IMG/VR virus record: IMGVR_UViG_3300023296_000874
Span: 124,001-188,000 of that record
DNA: 64,000 nt
Reading direction: 5' to 3' (one strand)
The notes under the pieces: generated by a model
The model's input: only the letters and a program-made list of their open reading frames with translations
Database searches by the model: none
Told to the model about the DNA's origin: nothing
Program-made: the position numbers and the translations under genes
Shown here: positions 28,337 to 37,349 of the stretch, in pieces
How the letters are laid out: every line of letters begins with the position of its first letter
Position numbering within the stretch: the stretch's first letter is position 1

Positions 28337-31300
28337 CAGCGGCTACGGAGGTTGAAGGTCACCACGATGTAGTTCAGGGGGAACACAGGCACGTAGGCCA
28401 GTTCAACCTGCACGGCGGTCGGGTCCGCTGCATCGGGGGTTGCCTTCACGGCGGTGTAGCTCGTGATGATCTCAGCGGCAATGAGGCTCTTCATTGTGGT
28501 CTTAACCGCGCGCTCGATGTCACCGAGTACGCCGCCAAGGAACTTGATACCAATGAACTGAGAGAGGGTAGAGCGCATCACAAGCTGAACGTGGTCAGAG
28601 ATCGTGATAACGGTCGGCTCCCTCTTCAGGGTGGAGCTCATGTTCGTCGTGAATGCCTGGCGGATGCGGATGTTCGGATCCAGGTCCTCGAGCACGGTGA
28701 TACCGGCTACGGCGGTCTGGTTCTTCTCTACCTCATCCATCTCACGCACGAGGCGCTTGAAGCCAACAATCTGTCGGAAGGTCATGGGCGATGCTACGTC
28801 GTATGCCGTGCTCACGTTGGAGCCCGCAACTGCGGCAGCCAGGAAGGAGCCATCAACGATGTGCTCCGTCTCTACGCCCTGCTCATCCGTCAGCGATACA
28901 ATCGCAGAGTCAGGGTACACAGCCCACAGGCGCTCGTTGGCGTAACCCTGTGCTGCACTCTGAGCGGCGGTAGGAGTGGTACCATCAGCAAATCCGAAGA
29001 TCGTGATGCGCTCCTGACGCCATCGAGGGCTGCTCTGTACGATGCAGTGCGTCTTGCAGAAGGCAATCACCTGCGGCTCGGTCGTCACGGGCATGATGAG
29101 TGCGGGGCGGAACCTGCGCTCAATCGGCTTGCGGAGGCTGTCAATGGCATCGATGTACGATGTCACGGTACCGTCCGTGCCGCCCGTCTCCTTCACAACC
29201 TGCTTTCCGGCAACCAGGAGGGCACCGTTGGCAATCGCAAGGAACATGGCCAGCGTCAGCCGGTTGGTCGGATCCAACGCGCCGTACTCAGCGGTGATGT
29301 CACCGAACTTGGTGAACACCTTGGCGTCGTAGTTCGTCTTCTCGTAGCAGTAGGAGATGTAGTACGTGTCACCGTTGGCGGGCTCGTTTCCGGCCTTGTC
29401 GAAGGTGTCAATGCAAGCGGTGTCGCCCACTCCGATGTCGGCGGTGTTCGCTACCTTCACCTCAGCACCGTGCATCGCGTACACAGGGTTGCTGCTATCC
29501 GTCACGAAGGTCTTGAGCACGCTGAAGCGGATCACGCCTCCGTCGTCGTAGGAGGATGCCTCGGTGGGGAGCAAGAAGCTAATCCGCAGTCCCGTCACTT
29601 CGTCGATGTAGGTCTGTCCCACAACGCCTTCGAAAACGGTGCCGCTACCTGTTCCCGTCGGGTGGCTGATGCTGAAGGCATCGTCCATGAAGGATTCAAC
29701 GGCGAACTGAGCGTATGCGTCTTCCCCGCCATCCGTCTGTCCGGCTTCGAAGCCGAGCAGTGTGTAGGCATCGTTCGCAACCGCGTTCAGGGTCAGAGTC
29801 TCACTCAAGCCCGTTGCGTCAGTAGTGAGGCGCACGCAGTCGCCTTCAACGGTAGCAGTCACATCGCCCAGTGCGAGGTTGATGTCTGCTGCCACGGTGG
29901 TCGCACTCACGGAGCTACCGGTCGTGGTATCGGCATCGAAGCCAAGCTCAGTGTTCGCGGTACCGGAGGCAATCAGGATCAGAGCCGAATCGCCTACGTT
30001 CACGCTGGTCAGTACAACCACGCCACTGTCGTCCGTGGCAACCACTCCAGTGTCGGTCCCAGGTACAACGCCGGTAGAACCGGTGGTGCCCGTAGAGCCG
30101 CTGGAGGTGATGCCCGTTCGAAGTGCGCCGTTGATCTGGTCTGCAACCTCTTCAGCGGTGAGCCCGTTGCCGAGGAAGATCACCTCGGTCAGTGTGCTGC
30201 TCTCATCGCTACGGAGGTAGAAGGTCAGGCCGTCAAGGTCGAAGGTCTGAGTACCAGTACCGGTCACAACTGCGGGTCGCGCCGCCGTCAGGGTGATGGT
30301 AGTTCCATTCACGCTGATGGTGTCGCTCACGCCGTTTTCGAAGGCCCAAGGTCCATCTTCGCCGCAGAACAAGGTCGCGCCGCGAGCAATCTGCTCTTCC
30401 ACTTCAATCTCAACGTACTCTTCAACAGGTACGCCTGAGCCATCGTGGAACATGCCCAGCAGAGTCTGGCTGCCTGTACCCCAGTTCAGGGTCTGGCTAA
30501 TCGCGCTCTTGCTGATGTACTTGGCGTCGTAGATGAAGTCGTTGAGCAGCTCGCTCTCAACCGTGTAGGTACCGGTGCCGGAGGCTCCCGCAACTACGTT
30601 GGTCAGGGTGTAGCAGTCATCAACCAGGAAGTTGGTGAAGTAGGTAGCGAACACACTCTCGTTGGGCTGTACGTCCTCAGCGAGCGTGATGAGCCGGTTG
30701 GCTCCGTCTACCTTGATCACCGTCACCGGGTTGCGGCTCATGGCGTCTACAACATCCTCACCCACGTAGGCGGTGATGAGCTCGGGACGGTCAGTCACAA
30801 GGTCAAGACGCCCATTGGAGATGGCGTTGAAGGTGTCGCTTCCGAGTGTGGTGTCACGCCCGTTGCCCAAGGTGGGCACGTAGGTGAGGCGGAACACGTC
30901 GCTGCTCACTGCCGAGGTAGCGGGGTCCGTGTAGGAAGCGGCGGCATCCAGATACACCTTGGTGTCCACAAGGGTCACGGTGATCTGGGTTTCGTCGAAG
31001 TACTCGGTACCGTCGATGTGAATCACGGAGTTGATTGCGTAGCTGCTTCCCCAGTAGATCAGGGCCGGGCCTGCGCTCTGGTTCTTCACTACGAAGTCAG
31101 TCTCCTCGATGTAGGAGGCATCGCCGGGGGCGAGTCCTACACGGGATACTTCGGTCACATCAGCATCGGGCAGGTAATCGAACGTGTCCTGCCAGGTGTT
31201 GTGGTAGTAGGTCACCAACACAACAGCGCCGGATGCGGGAGCTGCGGCGAGTACGATCTCGCCAGTGCTCCCACTCACGCTGCTCACGGTCACCGCAACG

Positions 31301-31917
31301 CCGTCTACTTCCACAACCACATCAGATGCAGTAGTGGAGGTTACGCCGCCGTTGGTTCCGTCAACAACCGGCACATTGAACACCTTGATGGTGGTCGCGG
31401 TGCCGTCACACTGATCGCTCACGTCGTCCGTGAAGGAAGTGTCGGTACGGTTGAAGTAGTAGGTGCAACGCACGTCGGCAGAAGCACTCGGGAAGCTCTT
31501 CAGCGTCACGAGTCCCAAGGTACCGCTCACTGCGGTAACCTGCACTTCTTCGCCGTCTACGGTGACGGTCACATCTGCTGCGCTGGTCGAGGTCGTACCC
31601 TGCCCATCGCCCTTGACGATTGGGTAGTTCGTTACCTGGAACTGCCGCAGTGCTCCATCTTGTGCTCCAAGGACGGGGCTCTGAGGGTTCGCGAGCGAGG
31701 TTACCCACCGCGCACTCAGATCTTCCTTGGTGATGAGGTTGTCAGAAATCGCCGAGCTGCCGCGAATCATCTCGTAGTCGTCGCGGCACAGCACTTCCTG
31801 CCCTACGCCAATGAAGACGGGAAGGCGAATGGTGTCAATCAGCGTATTGACGGCTGGCTCAAACAGAGTTCGAGTGTACACGCCCGGTGGAACGTAGCTG
31901 GTGAATGGACCCGGCAT
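28336..31917 (-). CDS. Contractile tail sheath protein with large inserted beta domains
   Basis: About 1193 aa. N-terminal YVPPGVYTRT and C-terminal sheath domain (TEPQVIAFCKTHC...ERITIFG...EPTVITISDHV...AYVPVFPLNYIVVTF). Confidence 0.9.
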   Translation of the reverse strand: MPGPFTSYVPPGVYTRTLFEPAVNTLIDTIRLPVFIGVGQEVLCRDDYEMIRGSSAISDNLITKEDLSARWVTSLANPQSPVLGAQDGALRQFQVTNYPIVKGDGQGTTSTSAADVTVTVDGEEVQVTAVSGTLGLVTLKSFPSASADVRCTYYFNRTDTSFTDDVSDQCDGTATTIKVFNVPVVDGTNGGVTSTTASDVVVEVDGVAVTVSSVSGSTGEIVLAAAPASGAVVLVTYYHNTWQDTFDYLPDADVTEVSRVGLAPGDASYIEETDFVVKNQSAGPALIYWGSSYAINSVIHIDGTEYFDETQITVTLVDTKVYLDAAASYTDPATSAVSSDVFRLTYVPTLGNGRDTTLGSDTFNAISNGRLDLVTDRPELITAYVGEDVVDAMSRNPVTVIKVDGANRLITLAEDVQPNESVFATYFTNFLVDDCYTLTNVVAGASGTGTYTVESELLNDFIYDAKYISKSAISQTLNWGTGSQTLLGMFHDGSGVPVEEYVEIEVEEQIARGATLFCGEDGPWAFENGVSDTISVNGTTITLTAARPAVVTGTGTQTFDLDGLTFYLRSDESSTLTEVIFLGNGLTAEEVADQINGALRTGITSSGSTGTTGSTGVVPGTDTGVVATDDSGVVVLTSVNVGDSALILIASGTANTELGFDADTTTGSSVSATTVAADINLALGDVTATVEGDCVRLTTDATGLSETLTLNAVANDAYTLLGFEAGQTDGGEDAYAQFAVESFMDDAFSISHPTGTGSGTVFEGVVGQTYIDEVTGLRISFLLPTEASSYDDGGVIRFSVLKTFVTDSSNPVYAMHGAEVKVANTADIGVGDTACIDTFDKAGNEPANGDTYYISYCYEKTNYDAKVFTKFGDITAEYGALDPTNRLTLAMFLAIANGALLVAGKQVVKETGGTDGTVTSYIDAIDSLRKPIERRFRPALIMPVTTEPQVIAFCKTHCIVQSSPRWRQERITIFGFADGTTPTAAQSAAQGYANERLWAVYPDSAIVSLTDEQGVETEHIVDGSFLAAAVAGSNVSTAYDVASPMTFRQIVGFKRLVREMDEVEKNQTAVAGITVLEDLDPNIRIRQAFTTNMSSTLKREPTVITISDHVQLVMRSTLSQFIGIKFLGGVLGDIERAVKTTMKSLIAAEIITSYTAVKATPDAADPTAVQVELAYVPVFPLNYIVVTFNLRSR

Positions 31918-31987
31918 CAACTGCCTCCGGAGTGGAAAGCTGTGAGACCGCCAATATAGGAGGTCATGATCATCAGCTCCCTCTGAT

Positions 31988-32002
31988 TACAAATGGAATA
32001 TG
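31988..32002 (-). promoter_or_regulatory. Candidate late promoter motif, copy 3 (CATATTCCATTTGTA)
   Basis: Consensus match about 70 nt upstream of the sheath start. Confidence 0.7.
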
Positions 32003-32128
32003 ACGGTCTCTGAGAGAGCCGCCGCGACCTACGTCGGTAGGACACTGCACTTGTGCTTGTTGAGCCGTCCAATGTGCTGGGGGCGTAGCTGACTGTGAGT
32101 ATATGCTCAGTTGTATGGAGGACCGAAG

Positions 32129-32539
32129 GTGATACTCAGGACGCTAAAGAGAGTTCCCTCCCTACTCGGTAGAACCCTCGCCTACATCGAGGTGAACGCT
32201 CTTGCGTTCCTTGCCCTGGTAGCTGGAGCCAACATCCTCGACGCCCTCATGACGTGGGGGTGGATCACTTTCGGCATGGCAACGGAAGATAATCCCGCCC
32301 TTGCTTGGGTGATGGACTTCAACGGCGGCATGGCCAGTTTCCTGGTTCTCAAAATAGTCACGGTCACCGCGCTCATCGGTATTCTCTACCTCGGAACACG
32401 ACGGACCAAGTACCAAAGAGCAGCCACCCTTGCTGTAGGGTTCGTGTTCTCGGTGTACTCGGCCCTCATGACGTGGCACGCCATCGGCGTACTGCTCGCC
32501 GGGAAGGACATGCTGGTTTCGTACAACATCCTGGGGTAG
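32129..32539 (+). CDS. DUF5658-like small membrane protein
   Basis: GGAGG before GTG 32129. The pattern NILDALMTW...EDNPAL...FLVLK across 3-4 TM segments fits the family. Confidence 0.6.
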   Translation: MILRTLKRVPSLLGRTLAYIEVNALAFLALVAGANILDALMTWGWITFGMATEDNPALAWVMDFNGGMASFLVLKIVTVTALIGILYLGTRRTKYQRAATLAVGFVFSVYSALMTWHAIGVLLAGKDMLVSYNILG

Positions 32540-32560
32540 GTCGCCCCACCCCAGGGCTGC

Positions 32561-34024
32561 TTACTTCGCTTGCGCCGTGATCACAGTGCTCACACCACCA
32601 GCCTCGTCAATGACGTACGCCTGAAGCGCGGGCTTCGCGGTGACGTAGCCGTTGCGCGAGTGCCAGCGGTCGTGTCCCGCAAGGCTCGGCATGAGGTAGT
32701 GAACCAACCCGCCGTGCTCCTCAACCTTCTGGTGGTGGAGGTGGCCTCCGAACGCCAGGTGGTGCTCGGTGCGGCCCCACATGCGGCGAGCCTCTGTCGC
32801 AACGATGTGAGCAAGGTCACGGGGCTTCGTGCGGCTACCGTCACCGTGGCTGAAGGCCAGGAGGTTGTCGCCGTACTCCACGTACACGCGGGGAGCGTAG
32901 TCCATCACCACCGTCACGTCGTCCGTGTCACGGTACCAGGCGTTGAGGTAGAGCAGAAGAGCCAGGCCGTTGTGCCGGTCGTGGTTGCCCGCCATCATCA
33001 CACACCGAACAGGGGCTACCTGTCGGAGCAAGTCGATGTAGAGGCGGGTCATCTCACAGCCAGTGATCAGGATCTCGCTGGGAGTGCCGTCACTGTCCTG
33101 CGGTGTGCCCTTGGTAGTGGATGCCGAGTCTCCGTCCACGTCAAAGAAGTCACTGCCGATGGGCAGGATGATCTCGTCAGGGGCGGATGGGAGGCGGCGC
33201 AAGATCTCCTGCGTGGTCTCCCTCAGTCGGCGCTCAGCCTTGGGTCGCGAGTAGCCGTCGCCGGTCTCAGGTCCCCAGGCGTAGGCTCCCCAGTGGAAGT
33301 CGGTCAATCCCATCACGAGCACAAATGGGTGCTCGGAATCGATCAGCTCAAGGGTTGGTACGGAGTAGCCGCCCGCTCCTTCGCCAATACCCTCAATGAG
33401 GGAGCCGAGCACTTCCTGCTCGAACCTGTTCCACTTGTTCGCGTCCTTCTGGATGGCCTTCCACTTGGCGATCTCGTACTGCTGGAAAAGAACCATCTTC
33501 CGGATCTGGAGGGCGTCAGCTACCAGTTCGTCAGTGTCCTTCTCGAGCATCTCCTCATTGCTGAAGGGCTCGCTGTCGTGTGTCCAGCCGTGCTTCGCCT
33601 TGTACTCAACGAACCAGGGGCGCGGAATCTCAAAGCTCCGGCAAATCTGGTTGATGGTGCCGGGCTGTCCGTCCCAGTTGGAGTACGCACGCTTCATCGA
33701 GCGGTGCATGTGCCCCGGCAAGACGATGGGCTTCGGTGAGCTCTTGATGTAGGTGACGTAGGTGTCCGTCTCCTCGTTGTAGTAGTACTCCGTAGCGTGG
33801 AGGTACTTGCTGACCTCTACCTCGTCGGCAGAGTCTTCGTCTTGTGTTGTCTCCTCGTTTTGGTCAGGGCTCGAACCGTTGGCCTTGACATGCTTGATCA
33901 GGGTTCCTGCTTTGTACTTCGAGAGGCCAGTGGTAGCAGAAAGACGGCGGATGCTGATGCCAGTGTTGGCGAGAGCACCCCACCGCAATACGGCTGCTTC
34001 CAGCCAGTCGGGGGTCTGAGACAT
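32561..34024 (-). CDS. Calcineurin-like metallophosphoesterase with N-terminal HTH-like segment
   Basis: 487 aa. All five MPE motifs are present: TDFHWG, GSDFFD, AGNHD, FSHGD, GHLHH. Confidence 0.85.
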   Translation of the reverse strand: MSQTPDWLEAAVLRWGALANTGISIRRLSATTGLSKYKAGTLIKHVKANGSSPDQNEETTQDEDSADEVEVSKYLHATEYYYNEETDTYVTYIKSSPKPIVLPGHMHRSMKRAYSNWDGQPGTINQICRSFEIPRPWFVEYKAKHGWTHDSEPFSNEEMLEKDTDELVADALQIRKMVLFQQYEIAKWKAIQKDANKWNRFEQEVLGSLIEGIGEGAGGYSVPTLELIDSEHPFVLVMGLTDFHWGAYAWGPETGDGYSRPKAERRLRETTQEILRRLPSAPDEIILPIGSDFFDVDGDSASTTKGTPQDSDGTPSEILITGCEMTRLYIDLLRQVAPVRCVMMAGNHDRHNGLALLLYLNAWYRDTDDVTVVMDYAPRVYVEYGDNLLAFSHGDGSRTKPRDLAHIVATEARRMWGRTEHHLAFGGHLHHQKVEEHGGLVHYLMPSLAGHDRWHSRNGYVTAKPALQAYVIDEAGGVSTVITAQAK

Positions 34025-34288
34025 TATTTGCCTCCGGCAAAGGTGGACGCACTTCCGCTCGGGCTACGGGATGTCTGTTTGCTTTTGCAACAGACGAGGT
34101 ATAAACAAGTTAGTGACTGGCACATAATCTCTTTATGTGCCGGGGAGAATCGAGTCGGACTCTCCCTATCCTCTACTGAGAGGTCGGAGAGTTCGTAGGT
34201 TGGCTCCGGCCATAAGGCACCGTGGATTTGGCGTTCGTAGCCCATGGGCAAATCGCATCGACACGGTCTTCCTGTCACCCGCTCTCCC

Positions 34289-35221
34289 TTATTTCTTGGA
34301 GGGCTTCGATCCGTCATCCTTGGGTTCACCCTTCGGTACGGTCTCTGCCTTATCCTCGCCCGGCGTGGGGCTCTTGCCCTTTTCACGCTTGGCGGCGGCT
34401 TCATCTTTCTTAGAGTCGGCCTCGCTTTCCTTTTCCTCACGCTTGCTGTCGGCCTCGGCCTTCAGCTTCGCCGCCATGGCTTCCCAGTCCTTGCGGGTGA
34501 TGTGGCCCTTGTCAGCACCGTCCATCTCTTTGACGTAGTCATTGTAGGAGATGTTGGGTTTCTCACCCAAAACCTTCTCAGCGGTCTCCTCATTCTCTTC
34601 CTGAACCTTGCGCAGGTGTTGGGCAAGCTCCTTGGCTTTCGCGGGTAGACCAGTGATGTACTCGTCTACTTCCACCACGTCAGTGAGAGTCTCGGCTGCG
34701 TCCTCGAGACGCTCCCCAATGTCCTTCTCGTCGTCGTCCTTGTCGCCCAAAATCTCGGAAAGTGCGTCGCGTAGGTCATCCTCGTCGATGTCAACATCGA
34801 TGTCGGCCTCTTCCTTGATGTCCTCTTCCTCAGTCTCGGTGCCCTCGTCATCATCGACGTCAGGGGTCTTGCCTTCAGGGCTATTGGCCTTGTCAGCAAT
34901 GTCCTTCTTGCGTTGGTGCTTTTCGTCGATCTTGTCGATCTTGTCGTCGGTGTTCTTCTTCTTGGCTGCCGAGTCATCTTCATTCCGCGTGGTGGCGCGG
35001 TTGTACTTGTCCCAGAGGCCCTTGATGTAATCGCCCTCGCTCTTCTTGGAGTCTGGGTGCTCCTTCTTGTACTTCTGGTACTGCTTCTTGAACTTGCCGT
35101 CCAGACGCTTCTTCTGAGCATCGGACAGCGCCACGATCAGGCGCGCAATACGGGAGGCGGTACGCGAACGAGGACGTAGCGCAAGGAATCCCAGGCGTAG
35201 TCGGAGCTGAAGCGGTTCCAT
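34289..35221 (-). CDS. Highly charged (D/E/K-rich) largely disordered protein, possible internal/scaffold protein
   Basis: 310 aa dominated by D, E and K. Starts ...RSRTASRIAR..., with a TGATG overlap to the upstream gene. Confidence 0.7.
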   Translation of the reverse strand: MEPLQLRLRLGFLALRPRSRTASRIARLIVALSDAQKKRLDGKFKKQYQKYKKEHPDSKKSEGDYIKGLWDKYNRATTRNEDDSAAKKKNTDDKIDKIDEKHQRKKDIADKANSPEGKTPDVDDDEGTETEEEDIKEEADIDVDIDEDDLRDALSEILGDKDDDEKDIGERLEDAAETLTDVVEVDEYITGLPAKAKELAQHLRKVQEENEETAEKVLGEKPNISYNDYVKEMDGADKGHITRKDWEAMAAKLKAEADSKREEKESEADSKKDEAAAKREKGKSPTPGEDKAETVPKGEPKDDGSKPSKK

Positions 35222-35628
35222 CAGTGTATCACCTTCTTCCCTGTTCGCTTGGCGAACTCGAACTTGTCAAAGCCGCCCTGTCGCGCGTCCAGTTGGGCTT
35301 TGCTCATGGGGGCATACGTGCCATCGACTCTACGTCCAACGGCGCGCTGGCCCGTTGCTCGGCGTACGTCGTTGCGCTTTTCGCGCTCGGTGTCGTAGCT
35401 GTCGTGACGCTTCTCTGCATCTGCCCCAATCATGCGGTCCATGTCCCGCTTTCCAGACCCTCGGAGGTTTCCATCCAGGGGTGTCTGTACTATGGGAGCC
35501 GAGGCCGTGCGCTTGGTGTCCAGGTCGCCGCAGTCGGGACACTTGAACGGAGCGTCACGGTCTCGGATGCCTCGTAGGGCCTCGGAGCGTACTCCACAAG
35601 CCCAGCAGTCGTACTTGTAGGTTGGCAT
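35221..35628 (-). CDS. FmdB-family zinc-ribbon protein
   Basis: MPTYKYDCWACG...FKCPDCG...KRTAS matches the FmdB Zn-ribbon signature. Confidence 0.8.
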   Translation of the reverse strand: MPTYKYDCWACGVRSEALRGIRDRDAPFKCPDCGDLDTKRTASAPIVQTPLDGNLRGSGKRDMDRMIGADAEKRHDSYDTEREKRNDVRRATGQRAVGRRVDGTYAPMSKAQLDARQGGFDKFEFAKRTGKKVIH

Positions 35629-36821
35629 CAGATGATCCTTTCAAAGTTGTGGCTCAGCCCTGTCTTCGGCATGTACGGAGTCAGGGAGGGCACAACCGTC
35701 AAGCTGCTTGGAAGGTTGGCTACGTCCGCATCTGAGGCTGTCCTCAGTGCTTGGAGGTCCTCAACAAAGAAGAAGGAGTGGATGGCGAATGGTACGGGCA
35801 CATGGATGTTCCAATCCGTCTGAAGGGAGAGGTCCATGGACACCATGTAGTACATGTCCTGGCCTGTTTCGTCGTATACCTCATCAGCTTCACCGCCGTG
35901 TGAGATGTCCGTGATCTTGAGGCCCTCGAACTCCAGCTTGCTCTTCTTCTCGCCCCACAAGTACATCAGACAGAGGTCAGCGATCTCTTCCATCTGGATG
36001 GGGTCTCGAGCGAGTACGTCAAAGCTGACGTTCACGTCCCATTGCCCACCGTACTCCAGGGCCGTCAGGGTGCGCTTCTCGGTAACGATGATCGCACTCC
36101 CGTCACCCTCGTGCATGTTGCGCCCGAAGGCCATGATCACGCCAGGAATGGCGGTGTTGTTGAAGGAGTTGTCCGTCACCGTGTAGGGTCCACGGGACGC
36201 TACTGGGTAGTGGTAGTCGGCATAGATGCGTGTGTAGTTGGCCAGGTCTGTCAGGAACGTAATCACTCCGGTGCCGTAGTCGACAGAGTAGTGAGTTCCC
36301 TCAACCAGCACAGTGGTGTCGGCTACGAAGATGAACAGCGTGGCCGGATGGATCATGCCCGCGTCAACGGTCACGGTCGCACCAATGCTGTTGTCCCCAG
36401 GGTCGTACTCAGCCAGGAACTCTCTCGTCACCGCCAGTAGAGGATCTACAGTGAAGGTGGTGTCGGAGTCCCAGTTGATGTAGTAGGCTCCCGCAGGGCT
36501 CGCGAAGGCTGCGCCCGTTGGGTCGTTGGCTACAACCGCGCGTGTGTCCTCTCGGACCCACTCGATGCTGTTCCCCGTCTTGCCTTCCACCCTTGCTTTC
36601 TGGATGTAGGAGATGAGGTGGCCCACGAAGTTGTCCGCCGACATCTGAACCTTGGAGGCTGAGATGTTCTTGACAACGATGCCGTACTGTGGCTGTTCCT
36701 GATAGGCGAACTTATCCTGGATCCAGGGCACCAACTTCTTGTAGTGGTGGTGCCGACCAAAGGAATCCTGTAGCTCTGCAATCAGACGTCGCTTGACGGC
36801 CCTGGAGAGGTAGTAGTACAA
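35628..36821 (-). CDS. Tail terminator / tail completion-like protein
   Basis: 397 aa. GGQWDVNVSFDVLARDPIQMEEIADL suggests the terminator fold, with an inserted beta domain (GTHYSVDYGTGVITF). Position fits. Confidence 0.55.
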   Translation of the reverse strand: MYYYLSRAVKRRLIAELQDSFGRHHHYKKLVPWIQDKFAYQEQPQYGIVVKNISASKVQMSADNFVGHLISYIQKARVEGKTGNSIEWVREDTRAVVANDPTGAAFASPAGAYYINWDSDTTFTVDPLLAVTREFLAEYDPGDNSIGATVTVDAGMIHPATLFIFVADTTVLVEGTHYSVDYGTGVITFLTDLANYTRIYADYHYPVASRGPYTVTDNSFNNTAIPGVIMAFGRNMHEGDGSAIIVTEKRTLTALEYGGQWDVNVSFDVLARDPIQMEEIADLCLMYLWGEKKSKLEFEGLKITDISHGGEADEVYDETGQDMYYMVSMDLSLQTDWNIHVPVPFAIHSFFFVEDLQALRTASDADVANLPSSLTVVPSLTPYMPKTGLSHNFERII

Positions 36822-36824
36822 GGT

Positions 36825-36992
36825 CTACTCCTTGGTGTCTTCGTCCTCGTCACCCTTCTCTACTTCCTCGGCGAGGCGGTTGATGTCGGAAGCGAGACGC
36901 TGCGCGGCACTCTTGACCTCAGGCTTGATCTCAAGCTCCTTGGCGATGGTGTCGAGCTCGTTGGAGATACGGTTCAGTGCTGGTGTTGCCAT
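36825..36992 (-). CDS. 55-aa helical protein (not in ORF track)
   Basis: Manual translation: MATPALNRISNELDTIAKELEIKPEVKSAAQRLASDINRLAEEVEKGDEDEDTKE. Preceded by a GGAG RBS. Confidence 0.65.
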   Translation of the reverse strand: MATPALNRISNELDTIAKELEIKPEVKSAAQRLASDINRLAEEVEKGDEDEDTKE

Positions 36993-37030
36993 GGTTGGCT
37001 CCTGTCAGGTTGGTTGGGGGGTCAAACGTA

Positions 37031-37342
37031 CTACTCGAGAAGGTCCTTGGCGTCGTCGTAGACGCTAACGATCTCATCGTTCAGATCATGCATCGTTCTG
37101 AACTGAAGGTCTTGCAGCTTCTGAAGCAAGTCGTCCGTGAACTGAGGCCGGGCTCCAGAGTCACTCACCATCTCATGTGCTTCACTGAAGAAGTCGTTGA
37201 TGGCTTCCACGCCCTTGTCCGCCTTGTTGCGGAGCTTGAGCAGGTTGTTTCGTGAGCCGGTCTTGTCGTTCAGCTCGGCAACGATGGTGTTCACTTCCGC
37301 GCGGAGCGTAGCGAGACGGTCGGATGGCTTGTCAGAAGGCAT
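37031..37342 (-). CDS. Small coiled-coil protein
   Basis: 103 aa from ATG 37342 (GAGG RBS), directly downstream of the actin-like gene. Confidence 0.7.
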   Translation of the reverse strand: MPSDKPSDRLATLRAEVNTIVAELNDKTGSRNNLLKLRNKADKGVEAINDFFSEAHEMVSDSGARPQFTDDLLQKLQDLQFRTMHDLNDEIVSVYDDAKDLLE

Positions 37343-37349
37343 AGGAACC

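Noticed and set aside
34024-34440. 138-aa minus-strand ORF overlapping the acidic protein and the intergenic hairpins
   Set aside because: It overlaps a better ORF in another frame, crosses hairpin structures and has no RBS or motif.
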